Assembly: GCA_003563895.1 (NCBI GenBank)
Contig: PWTK01000058.1
Span: forward strand, 1 to 59,601
Length of the DNA stretch: 59,601 bases
From: Syntrophomonadaceae bacterium
GTDB lineage: Bacteria > Bacillota > Dethiobacteria > DTU022 > UBA8154
Direction of reading: 5' to 3'
This document shows positions 1-7,980 of the stretch, piece by piece. The notes beneath the pieces are model-generated. The model saw only the letters and a program-made list of their open reading frames with translations. It was not told the origin of the DNA and ran no database searches. Made by a program: the position numbers and the translations under genes. How positions within the stretch are numbered: position 1 is the first letter of the stretch; each line of letters begins with the position of its first letter.

Positions 1-35
1 ATGGGATAACAATACGGGAAAAGGAGGGCTGCTCA

Positions 36-656
36 GTGGGGATGAAAAGCAGTAAAAGTGTAACAGAGCAAACCAAAAAACGGTATGACCGAATTTCTGC
101 AATATACGACCTGCTGGACAAGATTACGGTACCTCACCGGCTGCGTGAAAAAGCTGTAAGTTTAGCACGGGGTAGCGTCTTGGAAGTTGGGGTGGGAACC
201 GGTATAAACCTGCCCCTCTATTCACAGGACAGCACTTTAACAGGGATAGACTTGAGTTCCAAAATGCTCCAAAAAGCCAGAGCTCGCGCCCAAGACTTGA
301 ATATACAGGTCAATCTGCTGCAAATGGACCTCCAGCAATTGGATTTTCCCGACAATAATTTTGATACTGTATTAGCCACATGCGTCTTTTGTTCTGTCCC
401 CGATCCTGTTTTAGGGCTCCAGGAGGTCCGCCGTGTTTGTAAGAGAGACGGGCAAGTTGTCCTGTTGGAACACATGCGCAGCGAAATCCCCCTGTTGGGC
501 TTGTTTATGGATATTTTAAATCCCCTTGTTGTTAGGACCATCGGCAACAACATTAATCGACGGACTGTAGATAATATCAAAAAAGCCGGCCTCAATATCA
601 AACGGGTGGAAAACCTTAAAGCAGACATTTACAAACTGATCGTTGCCTCTCCATAA
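36..656 (+). CDS. class I SAM-dependent methyltransferase (UbiE/Methyltransf_11-like)
   Basis: 206-aa ORF with SAM-binding motif I VLEVGVGTGINL. GGAGG lies about 7 nt upstream of GTG-36. Confidence 0.8.
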   Translation: MGMKSSKSVTEQTKKRYDRISAIYDLLDKITVPHRLREKAVSLARGSVLEVGVGTGINLPLYSQDSTLTGIDLSSKMLQKARARAQDLNIQVNLLQMDLQQLDFPDNNFDTVLATCVFCSVPDPVLGLQEVRRVCKRDGQVVLLEHMRSEIPLLGLFMDILNPLVVRTIGNNINRRTVDNIKKAGLNIKRVENLKADIYKLIVASP

Positions 657-972
657 TGGTGGGTGCTACAGGATGATAAAATGTAATGAAACTATCTCTT
701 ACAACCCCTAAGTTCCCATTCCCTGACAAGAAGGCGCGCTGCATACGTTAAACACAGTGGACACTTAGGAGCTTGAAATATTTAACTGTGGATACGGAAA
801 AATATAGCGGCACCTCTTACCGGGCGGCGAACTGGCTCTACCTTGGGGAAAACCGCCGGCAGGGGCGGGATGAACCGTTACAACAAACCAGCGCTTTCCC
901 GTAAGCACGTCTATGTTTACCCCTTGATCAGGGACTATCTGACCTGCCTTTTGGGCGAGCGGGGTGAAGAAA

Positions 973-1350
973 ATGGGTAAACCCAGCCGCCGGCCCCAGA
1001 GGGAAGCCCGCAAAAAAGATGGGTAAAAAAGGGAAAATGCGCAAAAAGAGCTGCGGAAAAAGCAGCAGGAACAAGGACTTGAAGCCTTCAGGGAACCATC
1101 CTTTCCCAACCGCAAAAGCGAGCTTGAAACGCCCGAGCAGGAACAAAAGCAGCGGCAGGAAACAATTGAAGAGACGCTCAAGACCTATCGCACACTGCTG
1201 CCCAATATCCTAAAAAAGCTGGAAACAATTGATGACCTCCGGAACCCTAAAAAAAGCAAGCACAAGCTGGCGGTACTGCTGTTTTTCGGCATCCTGGCCT
1301 TCGTTTTCCAGCTCGAGTCAAGGCGCGAGGCTAACCGGCAGATGACCACA
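973..1350 (+). pseudogene. N-terminal remnant of a DDE (IS4-like) transposase, interrupted and truncated
   Basis: Frame 1 reads MGKPSRRPQREARKKDG*KRENAQKELRKK...TYRTLLPNILKKLETIDDLRNPKKSKHKLAVLLFFGILAFVFQLESRREANRQMT. There is an in-frame TAA at 1024-1026. The DLRNP-K-KHKL-LLFFGIL...SRREANR pattern resembles transposase N-termini as I recall them. No catalytic domain follows. Confidence 0.4.
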
Positions 1351-1384
1351 TCGCAAAAAAATTTTAAAAATATTGAAAAAACTA

Positions 1385-1413
1385 TTGAAAAAGATTTCGA
1401 CCTGTGCTATTAT
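1385..1413 (+). promoter_or_regulatory. near-consensus sigma-A promoter with extended -10
   Basis: TTGAAA (1385-1390), 17-nt spacer, TGc-TATTAT (1405-1413), with an AT-rich UP-like tract upstream. Confidence 0.5.
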
Positions 1414-1419
1414 ATAGGT

Positions 1420-1597
1420 GCAAGGCCAGGTTCCGAGAAGCTGAAAGGTTAACCGCTTTACAGGGTTCTTAAGAACCGGTCAGGGCCAAAGTGAATCCGC
1501 TTGAGGATTGCTGAAGAACGGCCGCAGGTGACCGGGGAAAAGAGGCCTGAGGTAAACCGGAAGGTTTGTTGGAGCCTGGTTTTTTATGTTTTTTTTT
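1420..1597 (+). ncRNA. candidate orphan structured small RNA (~165-175 nt), class unknown (6S-like is one hypothesis)
   Basis: It sits downstream of the strong promoter and has no RBS or ORF. The 5' CCAGGUUCCG (1426-1435) pairs with the 3' CGGAA (1558-1562) and CCUGG (1575-1579). Internal hairpins are GGUUCUUAAGAACC (1464-1477), AAUCC/GGAUU and GGUCA/UGACC. It ends in U-tracts at 1580-1597. The next gene (ald) is convergent. Confidence 0.4.
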
Positions 1598-1688
1598 GGC
1601 CCAGCGTGGACCGCTTTGAAATCATCGCGTGTAAAAGGGGCATTCATCACATTGATCTACTGGAAACCGTATCTCATTCCTTCTTTTC

Positions 1689-2834
1689 TCAAATGATATT
1701 CCTGTTGCTGTTATATTCTGCAAGCACGATGCCCGGCAAGGAAGTCTCGCATTCCATGTTGAAGGCCTCCGCCACCCCCGTGCAGTAAATTTTGCCGCCC
1801 ATCAGGTTGAGCCCTTTTACCAGTGCCGGGTCACTTTCCAGCGATTTAAATACGCCGAGTTCGGCCAGGCGTACCACGTACGGCAGGGTTGCATTGCACA
1901 GGGCAAAGGTCGAAGTAGCCGGCACGGCGCCGGGCATGTTAGACACGCAGTAGTGTATGACCCCTTCTTCTAGGAAAACGGGATCATCGTGGGTGGTTTC
2001 CCTGCTGGTTTCCACACATCCGCCCTGGTCTACTGAAACATCGACCAGCACCGAGCCATCCGGCATTAATTTGAGCATTTCCCGGTTAATCAGGACGGGG
2101 GTGCGCCCACCGGGAATCAGAACCGCCCCGATCAGCAAATCCGCTCTTTCCAGGGCGCCCGCCAGGTTATAGGGATTTGAAATGAGCGTCTTGACCTTCG
2201 ATCCGAACAGGTCGTCCAGGTAGCGCAGGCGGTCGGAATCGATATCCAGGATGGTGACCGAAGCCCCCAGCCCAACCGCTATCTTCAAAGCGTTCATGCC
2301 GACGACGCCGGCGCCGATAATGACGATCTCTGCAGACCTCACACCGGGGACGCCGGATACCATGACGCCCCGGCCCCCATAAGGGCTCTGCAGGTAATGG
2401 GCGCCGCATATCACCGCCATCCGTCCCGCCACCTCGCTCATCGGGGTCAGGAGCGGCAGACGGCCGTTAAATTGCACCGTTTCGTAACCGAAGGCGGTGA
2501 TTTTTTTGTCAAGCAGGTTCCGGGTTAACTCCTCATCGGCGGCCAGGTGCAGGTAGGTAAAGAGGAGCTGGTCTTCCCGCAGGTAGTCGAGCTCCTTTCC
2601 CAGCGGCTCCTTCACTTTCAAGATGAAATCCGCTCTCTCGAACACTTCCCGGGAAGAGCCGAGCAGTTCCGCACCGGCGCTCCTGTATTCCTGGTCGGAA
2701 ATGAGGCTGCCTTCTCCTGCGCCTTTTTCGATGAGTACCTTGTGGCCCTTGGCGCTCAACTCCGCCACCCCTGCGGGGATGATGGCCACTCTTCTTTCCT
2801 GGGTCATAATTTCCCGGGTTACGCCTATGATCAC
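1689..2834 (-). CDS. ald: alanine dehydrogenase
   Basis: N-terminus (V)IIGVTREIMTQERRVAIIPAGV..., NAD Rossmann motif VIIGAGVVGMNA, about 381 aa. The likely start is GTG-2834 behind AGAGGTG; the ORF track extends to 2843. Confidence 0.9.
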   Translation of the reverse strand: MIIGVTREIMTQERRVAIIPAGVAELSAKGHKVLIEKGAGEGSLISDQEYRSAGAELLGSSREVFERADFILKVKEPLGKELDYLREDQLLFTYLHLAADEELTRNLLDKKITAFGYETVQFNGRLPLLTPMSEVAGRMAVICGAHYLQSPYGGRGVMVSGVPGVRSAEIVIIGAGVVGMNALKIAVGLGASVTILDIDSDRLRYLDDLFGSKVKTLISNPYNLAGALERADLLIGAVLIPGGRTPVLINREMLKLMPDGSVLVDVSVDQGGCVETSRETTHDDPVFLEEGVIHYCVSNMPGAVPATSTFALCNATLPYVVRLAELGVFKSLESDPALVKGLNLMGGKIYCTGVAEAFNMECETSLPGIVLAEYNSNRNII

Positions 2835-2929
2835 TGTTGTCACCTCTTCAAATTTTGTCCCTACGCTATGTTATCTTATTTCTTCAAAAATTTCCATACC
2901 CAATTTGCTTCTCTGGATAAGTTTTAAAA

Positions 2930-2987
2930 TTGACATAATGCAGAAAATCCGTTACTATGAAATTGTAAATGCAACTCACTTGCATCT
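2930..2987 (+). promoter_or_regulatory. znu operon promoter plus candidate Zur operator palindrome
   Basis: TTGACA (2930-2935), 17 nt, TACTAT (2953-2958). It is followed directly by the inverted repeat AAATGCAA-ctcac-TTGCATCT (2967-2987). A Fur-family repressor is encoded at the end of the operon. Confidence 0.45.
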
Positions 2988-3075
2988 ATGGGCGTTTGAG
3001 GCCGGGTGCGCGCGGGGAAGTTTTTTTCCCTGCCTGGGCGGGTTCTCGGGGGCAAACGCCGAGGAGGTTTGTTGA

Positions 3076-4089
3076 ATGCGAAAGAAGAAACGCTTCCTCT
3101 TGTGGCTCGCTGTGGCGGTTTTTCTTTTCATGCCGCCCGGAGGGTGCTCCCCCTCCGCCGGTCCCGGTCCGGAAGCGGAAACCGAAGGGAGAGAAAGGGT
3201 CGAGGAAAAACGGGTGCAGGCGGTCACCACCATCTTCCCCCTGGGCGACATCCTGCAGCAGATCGGGGGAGAGAAAGCGGAGGTTACGGTGCTGCTGCCC
3301 CAGGGTTCGAGCCCCCATACCTTCGAGCCCACCGTAGACCAGGCCCGGGCGGTTTCCGAGGCGGAACTGATCGTGTTCGTCGGCGGAGGGCTGGACGACT
3401 GGGCCGTGAAAATGGATGCCCCTTCCCCCCGAGAAACGCGCGTTATCGAACTCATGGAAGAACTGGAAGAGTTCTTGATGGATTACCGGGCCGTGGAACT
3501 GGAAGGGGAAGAGGGGGAGCATGACCGGCATGCGCATGAGGAAACAGAGGGCGCCGACCATCACCACCACGGGCCCCACGACCCCCACGTCTGGATGGAC
3601 CCCCTGCTGGTGAGGGACGGGATTGCGCCGCTTCTCACCGCAGAGCTTAAACGCATCCTCCCCGAAGCGGGGGATTATTTTGAAGAAAACCTGCAGGAAT
3701 TCAAAGAGGAGCTGACAGCGCTCCACCGTGAAATAAAAAATGAGGTGGAGGGCTTTGCACAAACCCGTTTTATCTCCTACCACTCCGCCTGGGGCTATTT
3801 TGCCGCGCGCTACGGGCTGGAGGAAATCGCCTCTATCGAAGAGTTCCCGGGCAAAGAGCCGTCGGCCAGGTGGCTGGCAGCGCTGGTCGACCTGGCGGAA
3901 GAGCACCAAATCGATGTCATCTTTGCCGAGCCCCAGTTGAGCAAAAGGGCGGCAGAGGTGATTTCCGAAGAAATAAACGGGGAAGTGCTGGTGCTGGACC
4001 CCCTGGGAGGAGAAGGGCTTGAAGGCCGCGACAGCTACCTTGAGCTCCTCCGCTACAACACCGCCATTTTCCGAAAAGCGCTGAAGTGA
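3076..4089 (+). CDS. znuA: zinc/metal ABC transporter substrate-binding lipoprotein (ZnuA/TroA family) with His-rich loop
   Basis: Signal peptide with lipobox (FMPPGGCS). His-rich insert HDRHAHEETEGADHHHHGPHDPHVWMDP. GAGGAGG RBS. Confidence 0.85.
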   Translation: MRKKKRFLLWLAVAVFLFMPPGGCSPSAGPGPEAETEGRERVEEKRVQAVTTIFPLGDILQQIGGEKAEVTVLLPQGSSPHTFEPTVDQARAVSEAELIVFVGGGLDDWAVKMDAPSPRETRVIELMEELEEFLMDYRAVELEGEEGEHDRHAHEETEGADHHHHGPHDPHVWMDPLLVRDGIAPLLTAELKRILPEAGDYFEENLQEFKEELTALHREIKNEVEGFAQTRFISYHSAWGYFAARYGLEEIASIEEFPGKEPSARWLAALVDLAEEHQIDVIFAEPQLSKRAAEVISEEINGEVLVLDPLGGEGLEGRDSYLELLRYNTAIFRKALK

Positions 4090-4217
4090 TACGCGGCCGC
4101 TCCACCGGGGAAGGTGGCCGTTCGCCTTTACACAGCACAAAGGCATATATTCCCCGGAACGCCGGTGTGCGATTTCACCGGGAAACGGCCTGCCTGACAG
4201 GCAAAGGGGGGAAAGTT

Positions 4218-4976
4218 TTGACGCGTCAACCCGTCGTTTATACACAGGAATTGGAGATGATCCTGGGAAACAGCCGCGTGCTGGAAAACATCAGCATGGA
4301 GGTTTTCCCGGGAGACATGGTGGGCATCATCGGTCCCAACGGGGCGGGGAAAACGACCCTTTTGCGGCTGCTTTTGGGGCTAATCCGCCCGACGGCGGGA
4401 ACGGTGCTGGTGTTCGGCACCCGCCCGGAAAAGCTGGGCAAAACCATGGATGAGGTCGGGTACATGCCCCAGCACCCGACCTTTACCGATCATTTCCCCC
4501 TTTCCGCGGAAGACGTGGTGCTGATGGGAACCTATACCGCAAGCACCATGGGGCGGCGCCTTCCCGCGGAGGCCAGGCAGCGCGCCGCCCTCAGCCTGGA
4601 GAGGGTGGGGCTGCTCGACCGGCGCGGCACGCCCTTCCACGAGCTCTCCGGCGGGCAGCGCCAGAGGGCTTTTCTGGCCCGGGCGCTCTGCAAGGAGCCC
4701 CGGCTGCTGCTGCTGGACGAGCCTAATGCCGGCCTGGACCTTCCCACCCAGTCCCGTTTTTTTGCCCTGCTGCAGGAGCTGCGCCTCGAAAAAGGTATCA
4801 CGGTGTTGCTGGTCTCCCATGACCTGGCGGTGGTGGCCCGTTATGCCTCCAGGCTCATCTGCATCAACCGCACCATGCACGTCCACGGCAGCCCCGCCGA
4901 TGTGCTGAACAGCCCGCAACTGGAAGAAGCCTACCGCTGCGAGTTCGACGTGCTGCTGAACATGAAAAGGGGGTAA
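4218..4976 (+). CDS. znuC: zinc/metal ABC transporter ATP-binding protein
   Basis: Walker A GPNGAGKTT, signature LSGGQRQR, Walker B LLLLDEP. The probable start is TTG-4218 behind GGGGGGAAAG; the ORF track extends to 4086. Confidence 0.85.
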   Translation: MTRQPVVYTQELEMILGNSRVLENISMEVFPGDMVGIIGPNGAGKTTLLRLLLGLIRPTAGTVLVFGTRPEKLGKTMDEVGYMPQHPTFTDHFPLSAEDVVLMGTYTASTMGRRLPAEARQRAALSLERVGLLDRRGTPFHELSGGQRQRAFLARALCKEPRLLLLDEPNAGLDLPTQSRFFALLQELRLEKGITVLLVSHDLAVVARYASRLICINRTMHVHGSPADVLNSPQLEEAYRCEFDVLLNMKRG

Positions 4977-4981
4977 CCCTG

Positions 4982-5848
4982 TTGGAGATTTTCTCTTACG
5001 GTTTCATGCAGCGGGCTTTTCTGGCGGTGGCCATGGCGGGCCTGCTCTGTTCGACCCTCTCCTTTTTTGTGGTGCTGAACAGGCTCTCTTTCATGGGGGC
5101 GGGCATTTCCCACGCCATCCTGGGCGGGATAGCGATAGGGGTCCTGCTGGACATCAACCCCCTCTACACGGCGGGTATTTTTGCCGTCTTTATTGCCCTG
5201 GCCATCGGGACCCTCACCCGAAACGGCCGCATGCACCCGGATACCGTAATCGGCGTTTTTTTCGCTTCGGGAATGGCGCTGGGCGTTTTTCTCATCAGCC
5301 TCCAGGAAGGATACCACCCGGAGCTGTTCAGCCTCCTGTTCGGCAACGTGCTGGCCGTAACCGCCCAGGACCTCTGGTTCCTCGGCGGTCTGAAGGTGCT
5401 GGTGCTTGTCTTCGTCATCATTTTCTTTAAAGAGCTTCTGGCCATTTCCTTCGACGAGGAGCTGGCCAGAGCCAACGGCCTCCCCGTGTCCGTTCTCTAC
5501 ATGGGGATGCTGGTATCCCTGGCGCTGACCGTGGTGGTTTCCGTGCTCGTCCTGGGCGTGGTGCTGGCGGCCGCCCTCCTGGTCATCCCGGCGGCCACAG
5601 GGCACAGGCTGTGCACCAATTACCGCTCCATGCTTTTTTTGTCGCTGGGCGTGGGGCTGGGCAGCGGTTTTCTCGGCCTGGGCGTCTCCTACCGCCTGGA
5701 TGTCCCTTCAGGCGCGGCCATCGTGCTCTGCGCAGCGCTGTTTTTCTTCCTGTCCCAGTCCGGCAGGTCCATCCTGGGCGCCCTTGGCAGCCCGAAAGGA
5801 GGCCGGGAGGCGCCCCCGGGAGGTGAAAGAAATGGCCATGAACACTGA
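4982..5848 (+). CDS. znuB: zinc/metal ABC transporter permease (ABC-3 family)
   Basis: 288-aa polytopic membrane ORF directly after znuC. TTG start behind AAAGGGGG. Confidence 0.85.
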   Translation: MEIFSYGFMQRAFLAVAMAGLLCSTLSFFVVLNRLSFMGAGISHAILGGIAIGVLLDINPLYTAGIFAVFIALAIGTLTRNGRMHPDTVIGVFFASGMALGVFLISLQEGYHPELFSLLFGNVLAVTAQDLWFLGGLKVLVLVFVIIFFKELLAISFDEELARANGLPVSVLYMGMLVSLALTVVVSVLVLGVVLAAALLVIPAATGHRLCTNYRSMLFLSLGVGLGSGFLGLGVSYRLDVPSGAAIVLCAALFFFLSQSGRSILGALGSPKGGREAPPGGERNGHEH

Positions 5849-6257
5849 AGACATTCTGCGGCAGGCGGGGCTGAAAAGAACCCCCGGAAGGGTAGCCCTC
5901 GTTGAGCTGCTGCTTGAAGCCAGGAGCCCCCTCACCCTGCAGGAGATCACCGCGCGCCTTTCGGGGGTGAAATTAAATGAAACCAGCATATACCGCTCCC
6001 TGGATGCCTTTATTAAAGCGGGCATCGTCCACAGGCTGGAAACGGGCGAGCGGATCTGGCGCTTCGCGCTGTGCGCCTGCAGCAACCAGGGGCACTGCCA
6101 TCCCCACTTTATCTGCGAAGCGTGCGGCAAGGCGGAGTGCCTGAATGAAATAATAATCCCGCACTTCAGGGAACCCCGGCCGGGATACGTGGTGGAAAAA
6201 CAGGAGCTGTATTTCAAGGGGCTCTGTGCCCGATGCGCCGCGCCCGCAGGCCGCTGA
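5832..6257 (+). CDS. zur: Fur-family transcriptional repressor, probable Zur
   Basis: Sequence MAMNTEDILRQAGLKRTPGRVALVELL..., with a CxxC pair (CEACGKAEC ... CARC). It is the last gene of the znu operon. ATG-5832 sits behind GGTGAAAG and overlaps the znuB end by 17 nt. Confidence 0.8.
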   Translation: MAMNTEDILRQAGLKRTPGRVALVELLLEARSPLTLQEITARLSGVKLNETSIYRSLDAFIKAGIVHRLETGERIWRFALCACSNQGHCHPHFICEACGKAECLNEIIIPHFREPRPGYVVEKQELYFKGLCARCAAPAGR

Positions 6258-6361
6258 CCGTCCTTGCGCACACTCGCCGAAGGGATCCCCTCAGCTCAGG
6301 CTGATCCCCGCCTCTTGTGTGCCGGAGCCAGGGGGATGCCTGCAAGCGCTGCGCCGGCCGG

Positions 6362-6500
6362 GCAGTGCTGAAGTATGAAAAATGCCTACAACCTTTTTAT
6401 TTCAGGACTTTGTTAGCATCTAAAGCGCGAAAAATTGTTTCGCTGCAATCCCTGTAAGCCTTGATATGCCTGTATTTTAAAAGTCATGCGTCAGCACTGC
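6362..6500 (+). mobile_element. 139-bp MITE, copy 1 (terminal inverted repeats GCAGTGCTGAAGTATGA / TCATGCGTCAGCACTGC)
   Basis: 136/139 nt identical to the reverse complement of 48623-48761. The 17-bp terminal inverted repeats match at 15/17 positions. It has no ORF and is flanked by CGGCCG-like direct repeats. Confidence 0.65.
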
Positions 6501-6571
6501 CGGCCGCGGTTCGGGCCGCCGGAGCCTGGAACCGCCGGGCGGGCGGAGGCCGAAAGGCTCGGAGCGGCCGC

Positions 6572-6916
6572 CTACACGATGAGCAGAATGGCGATGAGCA
6601 CCAGCACGGCCGCGATGAGGATGCGGACGGTGGGGACCTCCCCGAACCAGATCAGGGAAAACACGGCGATATTGATAAAGTTAGCCACCCATAGGTAGAT
6701 GTTCATGTGCCAGATACTTTCTACCTCGCGGTAGCCGGTGTTAAAAATGTAATTGATCCCGAAATTGGCCAGGAAAAATGCGGGGATCATGATCAGCGTG
6801 TAGAGCAGGATCGCCCTGGGGTATGGGGGGATATTTTTTATTTGGTAATAATTCACGTTTGTCAAAATGGCGAAGGCCGGAATAAAAAAGAGGATGTACT
6901 TAAGCATCGCGAGCAT
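6572..6916 (-). CDS. small integral membrane protein (about 4 TM helices), function unknown
   Basis: The 114-aa hydrophobic ORF MLAMLKYILFFIPAFAIL... sits directly downstream of, and slightly overlapping, the YkgJ-like gene. The longer 173-aa ORF version has an implausible Cys/Arg-rich N-terminus. Confidence 0.5.
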   Translation of the reverse strand: MLAMLKYILFFIPAFAILTNVNYYQIKNIPPYPRAILLYTLIMIPAFFLANFGINYIFNTGYREVESIWHMNIYLWVANFINIAVFSLIWFGEVPTVRILIAAVLVLIAILLIV

Positions 6917-7625
6917 CAAGCAGGCACCCGCCTTTCCCGTCGACCGTTTCCTTTTTCCCGCGCAGGAAAGTGAAAAAGCGGTTTTCCTGCAGATCATACA
7001 GCACGGCCCGATAGGACTCCTTTTTTCGCTCCAGCAGGGAACAGAGAAAAGCCCGCGGTTCTTCCCCGCCGTCGGCCAGGCACCACAGGGCAAAGGGCGC
7101 TTGAAAAAGGGCCCACTCCGGGCTCAGCTGCAGGGCAATGAAATTATGCGTGTCCCCATAGTAGAGGAGAGAATAGGCCCGGTTGAAGGACTCCTCTTCC
7201 ATGTGAGCCGGCTCGACCTCTCCGCACGGGGCCGCGGTGGTGCCAAACGCCCGGCAGATGAGGGGGCGGGCCGGGTATATCCGGCAGTGCCTGGAAGGCG
7301 CATCGATCTCGAGGAAAGGGCACAGCAGTTTGACTTCGTCTTCCTGCAGCCGACCCACCCTGTTTCGCATCAGCTCTTCGATATGCCGCTCGGGCCAGGT
7401 TTCCTGCAGGTAAAGCGTAACATAGGTGAACTCGGTGTAGGACATGAGGATGGAGCCGGTACAGCAGCGGTAGCAGGAAGGGTCGCAGCGGTAGGGATCG
7501 CCGCCCCGCAGGAGATATTTCACCTCGGCCATTCCCTCCCGGGCGAACCTGTTGAGCGGTTCCGGGCGCCGGAAGATCTCCTGCAGGGCAGAAAAATCAA
7601 ACGGTATTTTTTTCATCAAACCCAT
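6900..7625 (-). CDS. YkgJ-family cysteine-cluster protein (UPF0153, putative Fe-S/zinc-binding)
   Basis: CDPSCYRCC ... LLCPFLEIDAPSRHCRIYPARPLICRAFG matches the CxxxCxxCC ... CPFL ... C.IY..RP..CR.F pattern. Confidence 0.7.
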   Translation of the reverse strand: MGLMKKIPFDFSALQEIFRRPEPLNRFAREGMAEVKYLLRGGDPYRCDPSCYRCCTGSILMSYTEFTYVTLYLQETWPERHIEELMRNRVGRLQEDEVKLLCPFLEIDAPSRHCRIYPARPLICRAFGTTAAPCGEVEPAHMEEESFNRAYSLLYYGDTHNFIALQLSPEWALFQAPFALWCLADGGEEPRAFLCSLLERKKESYRAVLYDLQENRFFTFLRGKKETVDGKGGCLLDARDA

Positions 7626-7980
7626 CCTCTCTTCACTTTAATCAGCTCCCGTCACACACGTAAAGATTTCGATAAAGAGGGGCTTTTTGCCTTTTTCCGG
7701 GCAGAAATCTTTGAGGCGGGAGGATTTCGCCGCAGCACGATGAAGAGAGGGAAAGGCGTGACCTGAAGCATCCTTTTTCGCTCCTCCCTTGTTTTTTCTG
7801 ATTATTTTTAGTAGAATGTCCTTAGAAAAAACCTCTTTTCCCATGAAAACGTATCCGCTTTCCATCCGCAGATGCCGCCTCTGCGGCGCGCTTTTTCTTG
7901 TTTTCCGGCAGGCTGCGTGCCCCGCCGGCATGCGCCGAAAGGCGCCATCTTTCCACTCTGAGCTCGAGGAGAATCCTTCC

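Noticed and set aside
765-1213. ORFs 765-1181(-), 928-1146(-) and 1019-1213(+) in the region upstream of the sRNA candidate
   Set aside because: They have low-complexity Lys/Arg/Ser-rich translations and mutually overlapping frames. The only frame with recognisable content is the interrupted transposase remnant in frame 1.
2986-4245. 419-aa minus-strand ORF overlapping znuA
   Set aside because: It is an antisense shadow ORF typical of GC-rich DNA, with no RBS and a low-complexity Arg/Gly/Pro composition. The plus strand encodes a clear ZnuA. The same reasoning rejects 28195-29679(+), 34228-35661(+), 52270-53688(+), 41071-42300(+), 16683-17729(+), 25981-27213(+) and other long antisense ORFs.
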